Positions 12,263 through 24,824 of a stretch of 64,000 nt of DNA are shown piece by piece. Each line of letters begins with the position of its first letter. Positions within the stretch are counted from its first letter, which is position 1. This DNA is from Eledone cirrhosa (taxonomy: Eukaryota), in NCBI GenBank assembly GCA_964016885.1, contig OZ024754.1:7192001-7256000 (forward strand), given 5' to 3'. Under the pieces are notes generated by a model. That model searched no databases. It saw only the letters and a list, made by a program, of their open reading frames with translations, and was not told the origin of the DNA. The translations under genes and the position numbers were made by a program.

Positions 12263-14149
12263 GCCTAAATTAGAAATCATTAAATAAAAGCCAACCTAAA
12301 AATATGTTTTCTGTTCAAAACAATCCAAAAGAAAAAGTAAACATTTAATAAATATCTTAGTGTGTCTCGTTAGATTATCTGCTAAATATATTTAAGTGAT
12401 TGAAAAATATAAATACTATTAGACAAGTCTGAAATAAAAGCAGTCTTATTTAACTATCAGGCTATCTATATTTGAAAGTTATGTTCTATTTCTTCCAAAC
12501 TGTTCACAGAAACGGAGTTACAATACGAAGTATGCCAATACAAACGCTGCTATTGGCTTTGTATCAAAGTATTTGGAATCATAACAATGGACATTGTTTT
12601 TCATTACTGACTACAAAGTTTCGACTGATGGCTGGAGTCCAATGACTAAAACAAGTAAAACAATAAAAGACTATAATTTGGATGTTAAAGAAAAGCTAGA
12701 GGTTACTTCATGTAATCTAAAAAGTCAAATTACTGAAACACTTCTCACAATATTTCGAATTTCAAGGATATTTATAGATATTTATAAACAGTGAATTGAG
12801 TAAGTGGTTTGGGTGTCGGATTAAATGCCTTGTAGTGTTTATTCAGGTTCTCTGCAATCTGAATTCAAATTAGTTTTACTTTTACCGAATTCCACTCGCA
12901 GGACATTATCTGCGAGAATGTTTCATTCACTAGGTTCTCCACGTGGTTCTTGGATAGGATATATTTAGCAAAAACCCTACGCTGTTGTGACCATTTAGAC
13001 CAAGTCTCAAGTTGAATCTCAATTTCCCCTCTTTATGCCAACAGTTTCAGAGTCCCTGAAAACATTCAAATGTGCTGCCTATCCTTCTTTCAATAAACTA
13101 TAAAAAATATTGCCAAAGTAGAGGGCAATACTTTCCTAACAGTGGACAGAATTTGAACTCAGAATGCTCAGAGCCGAAACAGATTCCGCAACTCACCAAG
13201 TCCACTTCTCTTGGACCGATACTTTGTATTTTATTTTACATTGTCGATAGTTTATTTTAATAGAATACCTAGAAATATACACAACTTAATGAGAAACTAC
13301 ATGAATGAATGACTATAAAATAATTAGAAAGACATTACACATATTAAAAAAAAAAGGGAAAAGCAAGGGCTCTAGGGTTACAGAATAATGGGGGGGGGGG
13401 GGATAAGGTGATGGGCATGGGGATGCTGGAACTTTGCCCCGCGGACAAGATCGCAAACGCAGTTCTGCGGACAATGGCCAGCGATACACGACATCGCGGA
13501 GCTCCTTCCCTAGACGTGCTGCTGACTGATGCAGAAATAAATAAAAACGTAAACCATATCTAGAAATGAACGAGAGTCGGAACAAATACGAAGACATTTA
13601 ATCAATGTGACTCTCTGAGTCTGTTAATTCACCACCTAATAGGAAGCTGGTCACACTATCGTTTCTTAAATGATATTGGAGAAATTTTGAGCTGTATAAT
13701 TAGAATAAAATTTCAATACTTGAAAACTAGTGTCTAGCAACAGCTCAGCGTCTCTGATCACTACAAACTCGCTAATAGCTACAGACAGGCAATTTCATCC
13801 TGGAAATTTAACTCGTGAGAGAAAGTTGTCTGTCTTTCTTTGTGTGTAATTGCAAGCAAAGATAATATTTTGGAAAACAAACATGTTTTCTATGCTAACA
13901 AGTTAATGTATTTATGAAGAGAAGTGATTGTGAATACTGCTACAAGGTTATTGTAGATCGATAGATAATAGGTTACTGAGAAGTAAACAATATGACAAAT
14001 TATCTTCAACTACCAGCTTTAGATTTTGTCAACCATGGTTACATTTTTTATCCTTATCTTTTCTTTGTTCCAACTCAGTAACTTCAGTGTTCTATGTCTC
14101 ATATGAATTGATTAACCTTAAACATTGTTTAGTATTTCATAAGTCGTGG

Positions 14150-14600
14150 AGATGGTTATCTTAGTGTACAGTCCATTTGATAGCTTTATAGAAGAAAGTT
14201 CGTTTCATTAGTCAAGATTTGAATCAGCGTTTCTCTTTCGTGTCTCGTTTCTTACGAAAAAAGAAAGTTTACATTTACAGTCCCCTTAGGCCGTATGATA
14301 ACAAATTTGTGGTAATAGTTCTGGTGAGAATTAAGATGCTAAACAATCCGTTTGACAGCTTTATCAGAAAAAAACTACGCCTCATCAGTCAACTTTCCAA
14401 TCGGAGTTTCTCGTTCGTGTCTCTTTTCCTACGAAAAATGAAGCTGAAATTTACAGAGTATTTAGGCCGTATGATAAAAATATTTTGTTAATAGTTCTGG
14501 TTATAATTAGGGTGCTTTACAATCCGTTTGACAGCTTTAGCAGGTGAAAATATTTCATGATTCAGAGTTCAAATTTTAGATTTTCCTTCATGTCTCTTTG
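14150..14600. repeat. Diverged tandem repeat, ~176-bp unit, ~2.5 copies
   Basis: CA(A/G)TCC(G/A)TTTGA(C/T)AGCTTTA at 14169, 14344 and 14520; TTAGGCCGTATGATAA recurs at the same period. Confidence 0.85.
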
Positions 14601-15826
14601 ATCCATCATATTGATTTTCTTTCTTACTTAGAAATAAGGCGGAGAATTGGCTGTCATCCATTCTGAAACGGGAGACAATGCATTCAAGGAAGGAATTGGA
14701 AACGAATCCAAACTGGGAAAGATTAGCTTATATTGTGTATATATCAAATAAAATGCCAGTTATGGTAATCATAATTTGACGGTTACCAAAAACGTTGTAA
14801 TATCATATTTAACCCTAGGTTTACTCGTGCAACTATGGTGCTTATGTGAAATATTACTATATAATTCAAAACGGGAGAAGAATTGAAGAACTTAGGATTG
14901 CAAAGGCATTACTGTAACGTGGATCTCTGGGAACATTATTATGCTAGAACGTAAGAGAAAAACATTGTGATATTTATTCCGTCGTTCTGAGTTCCGACTT
15001 AAAATCTCGCTGTATCCTACTTAGGTGGCAGACTACTATTTCATCTGATTTAACACCACAAAGAGGTACTAGGGTGCCTTCAGCACGGTTTCTATTATAA
15101 TATGAATAAATCTTCTTACGTATACGCACATACACACGCTCCCCACAATAATTTGTTTCTCTCCACAAAAAGTCTGGCGCCTTGTGCAAGAATGAAGAAA
15201 CTGACAAATGATAAATTTTTTGTTCCCTTTCGAAATAATAATAGTAAAATCAAAAAAAAAATCAAAACGAAAGCCAAAAGACAGAAATCTGTAACATAGA
15301 ATACAAAAGAAATAATACAAATAATGATGTATTTTCTCGATTCTGCAGGCAAAGTTGTAGAAATAACCAATTTATTATATTTAGCGGAATGGAAAAGTAA
15401 TGTGCTAAGAATATAGACACCTGGATAATAAAAAAAAAAAGATTTTTACGCGGCTTTTATCTATCTATCGCGCTCTCTCTATCGCGCTCTCTCTATCTCT
15501 ATATCTCTCTCTATCTATCTTCTATCTCTCTATCTCTATCTGTGGTTATTTATTTTTTCTTTTATCTATATGTAGAAGTTATTTTAGTACAACACGAAAT
15601 TGATTTTCATTGCAATGTAGAATATACAATAAATTTCCTTCTCAATAGGTTATAAATACTTGATGGGTTCTTTGGTTTCCAATCTCTGGACAACTAAAGC
15701 AATTTTTGTAGGACATTCTACAATGAAATAACTGTTATACTTGTCTATATTATCTAATTTCTTTACATTTACAGGCATGCCAGTCAGCATGTAACACAAC
15801 ATATATTGGTTGTGTGTAAAGGGATG

Positions 15827-15887
<61 letters not shown>

Positions 15888-15969
15888 GTTATTCCGGGTT
15901 GAATCGGAGGTAACCACAGTAAGTAAGGTACTCAATACATAGCAGAATATAAAAGTTTTAATATAGAAG

Positions 15970-16020
15970 AGCTTCTACAGGACTAGAACTGTTTTATTTG
16001 TGAGAAATCATCAGGAAGCT
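15970..16020 (-). ncRNA. Hammerhead ribozyme motif with G12>A core mutation (likely inactive)
   Basis: AGCUUC-CUGAUGA-UUUCUCACAAAU-AAA-ACAG..CUGU-A-GAAGCU; perfect 6-bp stem I; host element 15885-16240 homologous to 60735-60880. Confidence 0.7.
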
Positions 16021-16264
16021 GACTGTCCGAGTAAATGGTAGTATTTATATCTTTCCTTATATGGTGGTAGGAGAGGGTGGGGATTGGGATGGGTGTAGGT
16101 CATTGGTTGAAGGATTTAAAGAAAAGGGAGTTCATTAAAAGCTAATTCTTAAAAGCTATAATATTAACTAAGGCAGAAAGAATACTGTAAACAAATTCAA
16201 AATTGGAATTACAATCCTTGTTTATCACTTAGACTAACAATGCCTGTGTGTGTGTGTGTGTATG

Positions 16265-16303
<39 letters not shown>

Positions 16304-16321
16304 CCATCCCTATACACACAA

Positions 16322-16366
<45 letters not shown>

Positions 16367-16381
16367 GCCATCCGCTACGTT

Positions 16382-16417
<36 letters not shown>

Positions 16418-16435
16418 AGAGCCACCCACTATGTT

Positions 16436-16472
<37 letters not shown>

Positions 16473-17602
16473 GAGCCACCCACTATGTTTGTGTGTGTGT
16501 GTATATGTATAGGTTATTATGTGAGTAACTTGTGGATACTAGCGGCGACGCTGGTCGAAGCACTCGATGCTTTTACGGGGTCTCTCTCGTTGGGTTGTGT
16601 TCAAGGCTTAAGGCGGTTGTAATTTGGTGTGTGTGTGTGTGTGTGTGTGTGTGTCTGTGTGTCTGTGTGTCTGTGTGTGTGTGTGTGAAATTTGAACTGT
16701 GGATATGTTTAGAAAACCGTATAACTGCAAGTGCATTAGAATTACCAAGGTAACAAGTCGGAAGGGAGTTGAGAAAGATACAAAGTATCTACGACATTTA
16801 GATTTGGCTCTCATCTCTATCGAGTATTTCCGATAGAAATCAATAATCAAGATAAATATAATTGTTTCTACTTTAGGCACAAGGCCAGCAATTACCCAGT
16901 GCATTACTGGTACTAATCAAGATAAATATAATACCTATTTTCAGTATTATAGTTATTCATGCTTCAATCATCATCATTTCGATGTTTCACAGTTCTTGTT
17001 GTTGTTGTGGTTGTTGTTGTGGTTTGTTACTGTGGTTTGTTACTGTGGTTTGTTGTGGTGGTTTGTTGTGGTTTGTTGTTGTTTGTTGTTTTTGTCGCTG
17101 TCTTGTCATTTCTGACAACAAAACAAACAAACCAATAATAAAATATCCAGGAATAAAGACATTATTTTTATCATTACCATCTTAATTTTTTTAGAAGAAA
17201 ATAAAAGAAAAAACCAAAAGAATTAAACATTTCCTTTGCTGATATATTTCTGTAAAAACTTTATTACTGTGGAAAGTTGAGACTGGTTTAGTCTTATCTA
17301 AAACAATATTAAAAAAAATTGTATTTGATTATTCCTTCATTTTTGTTTTCTGTGTTTCAGTCAATCGAGGATTACCATGTTGTGGCGACACCTCTGAAGA
17401 TATAATTTATTTATGGTGACATTAGTACTCTGTCTATGGGTTGTTTTATTGAATTTTAAACAAGGAACGGTAAGATTACTTAAACTACTTATACGGGATT
17501 TGAACTAAAACCACATGTTCATTTCGTTCTCTTTCTCCGTCTGTCTCTCTCTCTCCGTCTGTCTATCTCTATCTCTCTACCCCCCTCTCTCTCTGTGATT
17601 AA

Positions 17603-17795
17603 TTAATTGTTTCTACTTTTGGCACAAGGCCATCAATTATTCCAGTGTATTACTGGTACTTTATTTTAACGACCCCGTAAGGATGAAAGGCAAAGTTAAC
17701 CTTGGCGCGATTTGAACTCGGACTATAAAGGACCGTAACTCTTTGCTGCAAAGTATGGCGTCCGACCCTCTACCGATACTGCCAATCCACCGCCT
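17603..17795 (-). mobile_element. SINE family A, full length
   Basis: Complete reverse-complement match from head to tail. Confidence 0.92.
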
Positions 17796-18502
17796 ATTAA
17801 ATTAATTAATATTGAATATTCAAGGTGATTCATTTCTTTGGAGGTATTTCATACCAAAATTATAAATATACAAAAAGTCCGGACGTGCATTATATACATA
17901 CATACGTACGTACGTACGTACGTACATACATACACACATATATATATATATACGTATATAGTTGACGGCTGAGAGAAAGGAGTATTCAATAATACCAAAG
18001 AGTTTTAATATTCATCTTATGAAAACTAAACATTGAGTCTTGTTACTTTAGAATTTTGCCTGTTTATTACAGTCATAGGACACAAGTTCTTGTCTGATGA
18101 CCCAATTTCGGCACAAGACCAAATTGCTGGTCTTGTGACTAAATTAAAGACCATTCTTAGATTTCTTGAATATTATGCAAGATTTCCAAGTACAAGTAGA
18201 GAAAAAAGAATGAAACTACTACAAATCGACACATTATATCTGTTTAGCAGCCATACTTTTGTTTATTTATTTAAACTACACGGTTCTAGTTATAACAATG
18301 GAAGTGCACTCCTCCAAATCATGCCTTCAGATAACAAAATGGCGAAGCATGTATCAGTAACATGCTGCGATAAATTTAGCTGAAATAAAATTTACTGACG
18401 CTAAGAATTTCCCCGTAGGATTAGTGTTGACAAAGCCAAATAAATTTATGTACTATTTTTTTCGACATGACATGAAATTGAAATTGGGAAGCGTGATATA
18501 AA

Positions 18503-18800
18503 ACACACTCACACCCACACTCACACCCACACCCACACCCACACTCACACCCACACCCACACCCACACCACACCACACCCACACCACACCACACCACACC
18601 ACACATATATAGATATATTTATAGACACACACACACACAAATATATACACATATATAGATATATTTACAGACACACACACACAAATATATACACATATAT
18701 AGATATATTTACAGACACACACACAAATATATACACATATATAGATATATTTACAGACACACACACAAATATATACACATATATATATGCACATATATAT
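18503..18800. repeat. CACACC repeat followed by a ~42-bp minisatellite
   Basis: Direct reading. Confidence 0.9.
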
Positions 18801-18934
18801 CGATAACAATTGAACAATTCTCCATTTCGATACATCATCTCTCTGCCCGCCTCCGCCGTTATCCTCTCCATGCCTCACCCCTCCCACATGTATGTACACG
18901 CGTTCATCTTTTTATATAAACAGGTATTCACATA

Positions 18935-19012
18935 AAGGTACAGCAAAAATATCTCCCACATTTTAAGGGTTGACCATGTCAAATATGGGAGGTTTTTCTG
19001 TTGCACCCTCTA
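18935..19012. mobile_element. Small decayed mariner-type MITE
   Basis: Imperfect TIRs AGGTACAGCAAAAATATCTCCCA / TGGGAGGTTTTTCTGTTGCACCCT. Confidence 0.5.
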
Positions 19013-19140
19013 TATATTCACATCTAATGTGCTCGATTGTTTTCTCAAACTTATTTTCTTTTTAAAATTTGAGTTCAAATTAAAATCTAAACTCTCCGGA
19101 GACATTGAAGATGGATGAACTTTTGAAGCCAATCTCTAAA

Positions 19141-19330
19141 GGCGGACGCCATGCTTTGCAGCATAGAGTCACGGCCCTTTATGATCTGAGTTCAAATCCC
19201 GCCGTGGTTTAACTTTACCTTTCATCCTTACTGGGTCGATAAAATAAAATACCAGTCACGCACTGGAGTCGATTTAATCGACTTTCCCCTCTCCAAAAAA
19301 GCTGGCCTTGTGGCTATATAAGAAACCAAT
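19141..19330 (+). mobile_element. SINE family A (long variant)
   Basis: B-box and core plus GTCGATTTAATCGACTTTCCC insert. Confidence 0.88.
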
Positions 19331-19686
19331 ATTTGGTTTGTCAGACGCTGTGACCCCGGATGGACTACCAGCACCGTTGGTAGGGGTCGAAACTGCCCAA
19401 GTCCATCTCAACGGCCAATGACCATAGTTTTGTGTCCTTCGTTTGTAAATTTATTTTAAAAAAATAATTTAAGGTTTCTCCTTAATTGTGTTTCGTTTCG
19501 GTTTGTTTCCGATCGTTGTCTTGCCATTTGTTAATTATCTTAAATATATATATATATATATATATATATAATGAGAGTGAGAGGGAGAGAAAGAGGTCAA
19601 CATGAATGGACCTGTTATTTTTATCTAAAGACATTTTTTCCAATTACACTCTCGCCCGCCCTTTCAATCAATCTCATTTCTCATTT

Positions 19687-19722
19687 TCTTCTGATGAAGG
19701 ACTAGCGTCCGAAACATTAAGA
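19687..19722 (+). ncRNA. Minimal type I hammerhead motif (stem III likely CpG-decayed)
   Basis: UCUU-CUGAUGA-A-GGAC UAGC GUCC-GAAAC AUU-AAGA; homologous to 36618-36653 including ~80 bp downstream. Confidence 0.75.
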
Positions 19723-20092
19723 CCCTCTTCATGCCATTTCAAGCGTTAACCTAATATATTCCTTCCTTATACTGTACCGATTGTGTTATTTCTGTTTACC
19801 TTTTACACACGCACGTATGTATGTATGTATGTATGTATGTATGTATGTATGTATGTATGTATGTATGTATGTATGTATGTATGTATGGTTAAAATCCCTG
19901 ATGTTATTTCAACAATCTACGACGACGATTCATTCACTCAGTGAATCAATAAGTTTGCAGTATTGAAACTGCGTCTTGATGTTTAGTGGACACATGATAG
20001 TTAATTCACTGGCTGATCGGTTATATATATATATTTGAAAAGGGAGTATGGTTCTATACAAAACAGTGGTTATAGAGAAAAGGTGAACTTAG

Positions 20093-20210
20093 AAATAGCA
20101 CGGAAAATATATTTAGGGATCTATTTTTCTTTTTTTCCTCTTTGATTCCTCAGTGTCATTAAGGAAAAAATGAGAGGAACAATCCTTTAAAAAGAGTTTT
20201 ATAATGTTTG

Positions 20211-20250
<40 letters not shown>

Positions 20251-20489
20251 ACAAGAAAGATGAACATACCTTTTCGACACTTAAATTTAAGTTTTTAATT
20301 CTATTTAATTATAATATTCAACATTTGATAAGATGGTTTACATTGATACATCGAAACCGGTTATATTTTATATATTTTATAAAAGTCCTTTTTTTTAAAA
20401 AAAGAATTGTTCCTCTCATTTTTTTCAATGTCACTTTGACGAATCAAAGAAGAAAAACAGATCCTTAAATATATTTTTCCGTGCTATTT
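20093..20489. mobile_element. Inverted-repeat cassette (20093-20206 vs 20375-20489) containing a hammerhead
   Basis: AAATAGCACGGAAAATATATTTAGGGAT.. mirrored by ..ATCCTTAAATATATTTTTCCGTGCTATTT; internal (TA)n. Confidence 0.75.
20320..20367 (+). ncRNA. Type I hammerhead motif, U3:A8 variant core
   Basis: AACAU-UUGAUAA-GAUG..CAUC-GAA-ACCGGU-U-AUAUU; palindromic stem III; one C.A mismatch in stem I. Confidence 0.68.
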
Positions 20490-20840
20490 ACAATTACCCC
20501 CTCTCTCTCTGAGAGAGATGGGCGGAGACAGAGAAATTGGTAGACAGACTCAAAGAGAAAAGAATAGACTAAGACAAAGTATTAAAGAAACAAATGCGTT
20601 ATATATTGTTCCGGAGATTCATTTCGAAGTTTCCAGTCTACATCTTGGCATCATTAAGATGAGAAACAAATTAAAAGTTCTATAAATAAGGATTTTCTTC
20701 TTTCTATAAATACCGTTTATTCTCTCCGGACATAACACTGTGGTGAAAGAAGTTTTCTAAAAAGACTTCCGTTGTATTCCGACCAAATTTATTGCTAGAC
20801 TGGGTTAGAAAGAAAAAGTAGGTTTTGTCTGTTTCATCGA

Positions 20841-20871
<31 letters not shown>

Positions 20872-21196
20872 TCTTTTTTTTTCAGCCTTATTATATGACG
20901 ATGAATTTCTATGTATATTCCGTGATTCGTTCTCCGCACTAAGTTTAGATGGTGGAACGATATCAATTCGTGCCTGACAATATTACACATCTACTGAATA
21001 CATTAACTCTATAAGATGATCATTTCCCAGGCTATGAATCTCATCCTTAGAGTATGCATTTACAGTATTGCAGCTTAGTCGTAAACATTCTTGTGCAAGT
21101 GACTGGACATTTTACTAAACCGTGTATACATGAGGTAATTCTCAAGAAGTTTCAACGTGACACAGTCTGTCTATCATAGTTAGGTTAGGTCATTAA

Positions 21197-21285
21197 ATTT
21201 ATCGACCCTATAAGGATGAAAGGTGAAGTGAACCTCAGCGGGATTTGAACTCAGAGCGTAAACAGACGTTACTATATGCTGCAAA
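21197..21285 (-). mobile_element. SINE family A fragment
   Basis: Core and B-box, reverse complement. Confidence 0.75.
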
Positions 21286-21537
21286 GCAAGTCACACCTGT
21301 CAAGTCTCCCCCTTCGACTAGGAGATCTTCCACCCATTCTGGGGTGCGGGTGAGAGATGTCTTCTCTTGTGAAAGTGGATATATCTCTCATTGTGTAAAA
21401 TCTCTCAATTTTTGCCTCATTTCTCCCCGTTTCGGAGCACGTTTTTCCATGCCACAGCCCTTTTGGGTTTTTAGAGGTTGGCAGGTCTGGCATGTTGTCC
21501 GACGTTCACAAATAATGATTGCTAGTATAAGCACATG

Positions 21538-21781
21538 TGAAGGCGCATGGCTTAGCGGTTAGAGCATTGGGCTTGCAATCGAAAGGTTGTGAGTTCAATT
21601 CTCAGACCGGGTGATATGTTGTTTCCTTGAGCAAGACACTTTATTTCACGTTGTTCCAGTTTACTCAGCTGTAGAAATGAGATGATAGGACTAGGGTCCC
21701 TATCATTAAATCACCCAAGACACCTCCAACGAGATATACCTTGGGGGAGGCCAGCTAAACCTGCATAGGTGTGAGCTGTAA
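21538..21781 (+). mobile_element. SINE family B (CORE-like)
   Basis: GGCGCATGGCTTAGCGGTTAGAGC head, GAGTTCAATTC B-box, CCTTGAGCAAGACACTT core. Confidence 0.88.
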
Positions 21782-21788
21782 CAACAAT

Positions 21789-21962
21789 AGCACAAGGCCA
21801 GAAATTTTGGGGAGGGGAATGTCGATTATATCGACTCCAGTACGTTACTGGTGCTTTATTTTATCGACCCCGTAAGGATGAAAGGCAGGATTTGAACTCA
21901 GACTGTAAAAGACCGTAACTCTATGCTGCAAAACAGTGTCCGACTCTCTACCGATTCTGCCA
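21789..21962 (-). mobile_element. SINE family A (long variant)
   Basis: Reverse-complement match. Confidence 0.88.
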
Positions 21963-22239
21963 GACGCTCACAAATAATGCTACCACTTCGTTATATTTGT
22001 TAAAGTGTTATTTTGCCTTATGACAGATATTTAAAGATTAGATATTAGATGGAGGTATTCAATAAACGTTGTTTTCTTCACGTTTATTAAATGTCACACA
22101 CAGAATCATTTTATAGAAATAACAACATGGTAAAATATTTATTTAACATAGGTTAAATATTTATTTTCTAAACTTTCGTGTTACCTCGACCGACACATTC
22201 GACAAAAACAACAACGCTAGCAGTTAACATATTAACATG

Positions 22240-23965
22240 AACAAAAAAAAAACAGCTGGCACAACAACAACAAGGAAAATAAGAGGAACATGAATAACAA
22301 CGCCAAGTACAATGGCAGTATCAACAACAACAGTAACACAAGCATCACCATCAAAAGCAATAAAAACGGCAGCTGCAACAACAGGAACAAAACAAACGAA
22401 GCGGCAACAAGACAACAACAATAACAGTGGCAGTAATAGCAACAACAAAAAGAAAAAAATCTGCAACAACTGGGAGGCAATAGCAACTACTAAAACAAAA
22501 ACAGCAATAACAGCAATAACAGCGGCAACAAGATCAAAGACAGCAACAACTGGAAGAAAACAGCAACTACTAAAACAAAAACAGCAATAACAGCGGCAAC
22601 AAGATCAAAGACAGCAACAACTGGAAGAAAACAGCAACTACTAAAACAAAAACAGCAATAACAGCGGCAACAAGATCAAAGACAGCAACAACTGGAAGAA
22701 AACAGCAACTACTAAAACAAAAAAACAGCAATAACAGCGGCAACAACAGCAACAAGATCAAAGAGAGCAACAACTGGAAGAAAACAGCAACTACTAAAAC
22801 AAAAAAAAAACAGCAGCAACAATAGCAACAAGAACAAAAAACAGCAGCGACAAATACAGCAACAGCAGCAAGAATAGCAACAAAATCAGTAACACAACAA
22901 CAACGTCAGCAACAACACCAACAGTAACAACATTAACAAGACAACAACGTCAGCAGTAGCAACACCAGCACCAACAAAATTAGCAACACCAGCACCAACA
23001 GCCACAAAATCAGTAACACAACAACGTCAACAGTAACACCAACACAACAACCAGTAACACCAACAGCAACAAAATTAACAACACAACGTCAGCAGTAACA
23101 ACACAACAACGTCAGCAGTAACATCAACAGCAACACAATTAGCAACACAACGTCAACAGCAACAAAATTAGTAACACAACAACGTCAGCAGTAACACCAA
23201 CAGCAACACAATTAGCAACACAACGTCAGCAGTAACACCAACAGCAACAAAATTAGTAACACAACAACGTCAGCAGTAACAACACCAACAGCAACACAAT
23301 TAGCAACACAACGTCAACAGCAACAAAATTAGTAACACAACAACGTCAGCAGTAACAACACCAACAGCAACACAATTAGCAACACAACGTCAACAGCAAC
23401 AAAATTAGTAACACAACAACGTCAGCAGTAACAACACCAACAGCAACACAATTAGCAACACAACGTCAGCAGTAACACCAACAGCAACAAAATTAGTAAC
23501 ACAACAACGTCAGCGGTAACAACACCGTCAGCAGTAACAACAGCAACAAAATTAGCAACACAACGTCAGCAGCAACACAATTAGCAACACAACGTCAACA
23601 GCAACACAATTAGCAACACAACGTCAACAGCAACACAATTAGCAACGTCAACAGCAACAAAATTAGCAACACAACGTCAACAGCAACAAAATTAGCAACA
23701 CAACGTCAACAGCAACAAAATTAGCAACACAACGTCAGCAGCAACAAAATTAGCAACACAACGTCAGCAGCAACAAAATTAGCAACACAACGTCAGCAGC
23801 AACAAAATTAGCAACACAACGTCAACAGCAACAAAATTAGCAACACAACGTCAACAGCAACAAAATTAGAAACACAACGTCAGCAGTAACAAAACCAACC
23901 ACAAAAATATTAACACATCAATGTCATCAGCAGTAACAACACCAACAGCAACACAATTAGCAACA
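22240..23965. repeat. CAA/CAG-rich low-complexity region with ~63-bp and 27-bp minisatellite units
   Basis: AACAGCGGCAACAAGATCAAAGACAGCAACAACTGGAAGAAAACAGCAACTACTAAAACAAAA repeats; CAACAAAATTAGCAACACAACGTCAACAG repeats. Confidence 0.92.
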
Positions 23966-24728
23966 GTAATATCCTCCATTTAAATGAAAATAAAATTTCA
24001 CGCAAAAAGGAAAAGATTTCTCTAAGAAAGATACACTTTACGCCGAAGGAAAAATCTTTCAGGAAGCTAATAAAAACTGCAACAACAACAACAACAACAA
24101 TAATAAAACGGAAGAGAATATCAACTGCCAGTATCGAAGTATTTAGTACTGAAGCATGAAAACAAATAACATTTTCAAACGCTATCATTAAATGTCTATC
24201 ACGGAATTTCAATATAATGTCTTATCGATGTATAAATAGATTTTATAAACAAACCAAAACCTAAATGAATAAATACGTGTGAATCTGAATTTTCTTTTAA
24301 ATGAATCATGAAAGTTGATTTCGTTTCGGTAAGTTTTAGAAACACCAAATTGGATGACTGACGTAACGAGAACTAATTCGTGAATACATGGAAGTCTTTC
24401 GTAATGTAATGTAATGACTGAGAGAGGTTAATTAACATGCTTGTACAGGTAATGTGTATACATTTTTTGTACAGGTAGTGTATATATATTTTCTTTTTTT
24501 GGGGGGGCGGGACACACACACACACTCACACCCTATATATCTCTATCTATCTATATATTTATTTATTATAAGAACAGATTAAAGTTTAAGCAAAGAATCG
24601 CTGCTTTCACCTTTAACGGGATCTTCCACGGGTTTTTATATATTTTATATATACATCTCTCTTTCTCTCTCTCTCTCTCTCTATACTTCTGCTTTTTCGT
24701 TTTGACTGCATGCCCATATATGGACTGT

Positions 24729-24824
24729 ACCCCTTGATAAGTTCAGCTAGATCCCCGCCGTCCTAATACTGCTGGGTTAGTTCGGATCAAGCGGTCGAAA
24801 CGGCCGGAGCTCATACGTCGGGGT
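24729..24824 (+). ncRNA. Type I hammerhead motif, U3:A8 variant core, long stem II
   Basis: ACCCC-UUGAUAA-GUUCAGCUAGAUCC..GGAUCAAGCGGUC-GAA-ACG..CGU-C-GGGGU; GUC cleavage triplet. Confidence 0.72.

Noticed and set aside
18094-18130. CTGATGA at 18094 (similar boxes at ~4250, ~5960, ~14385, ~17395, ~27150, ~33642, ~50680)
   Set aside because: No stem II followed by GAAA and no closing stems; chance heptamers
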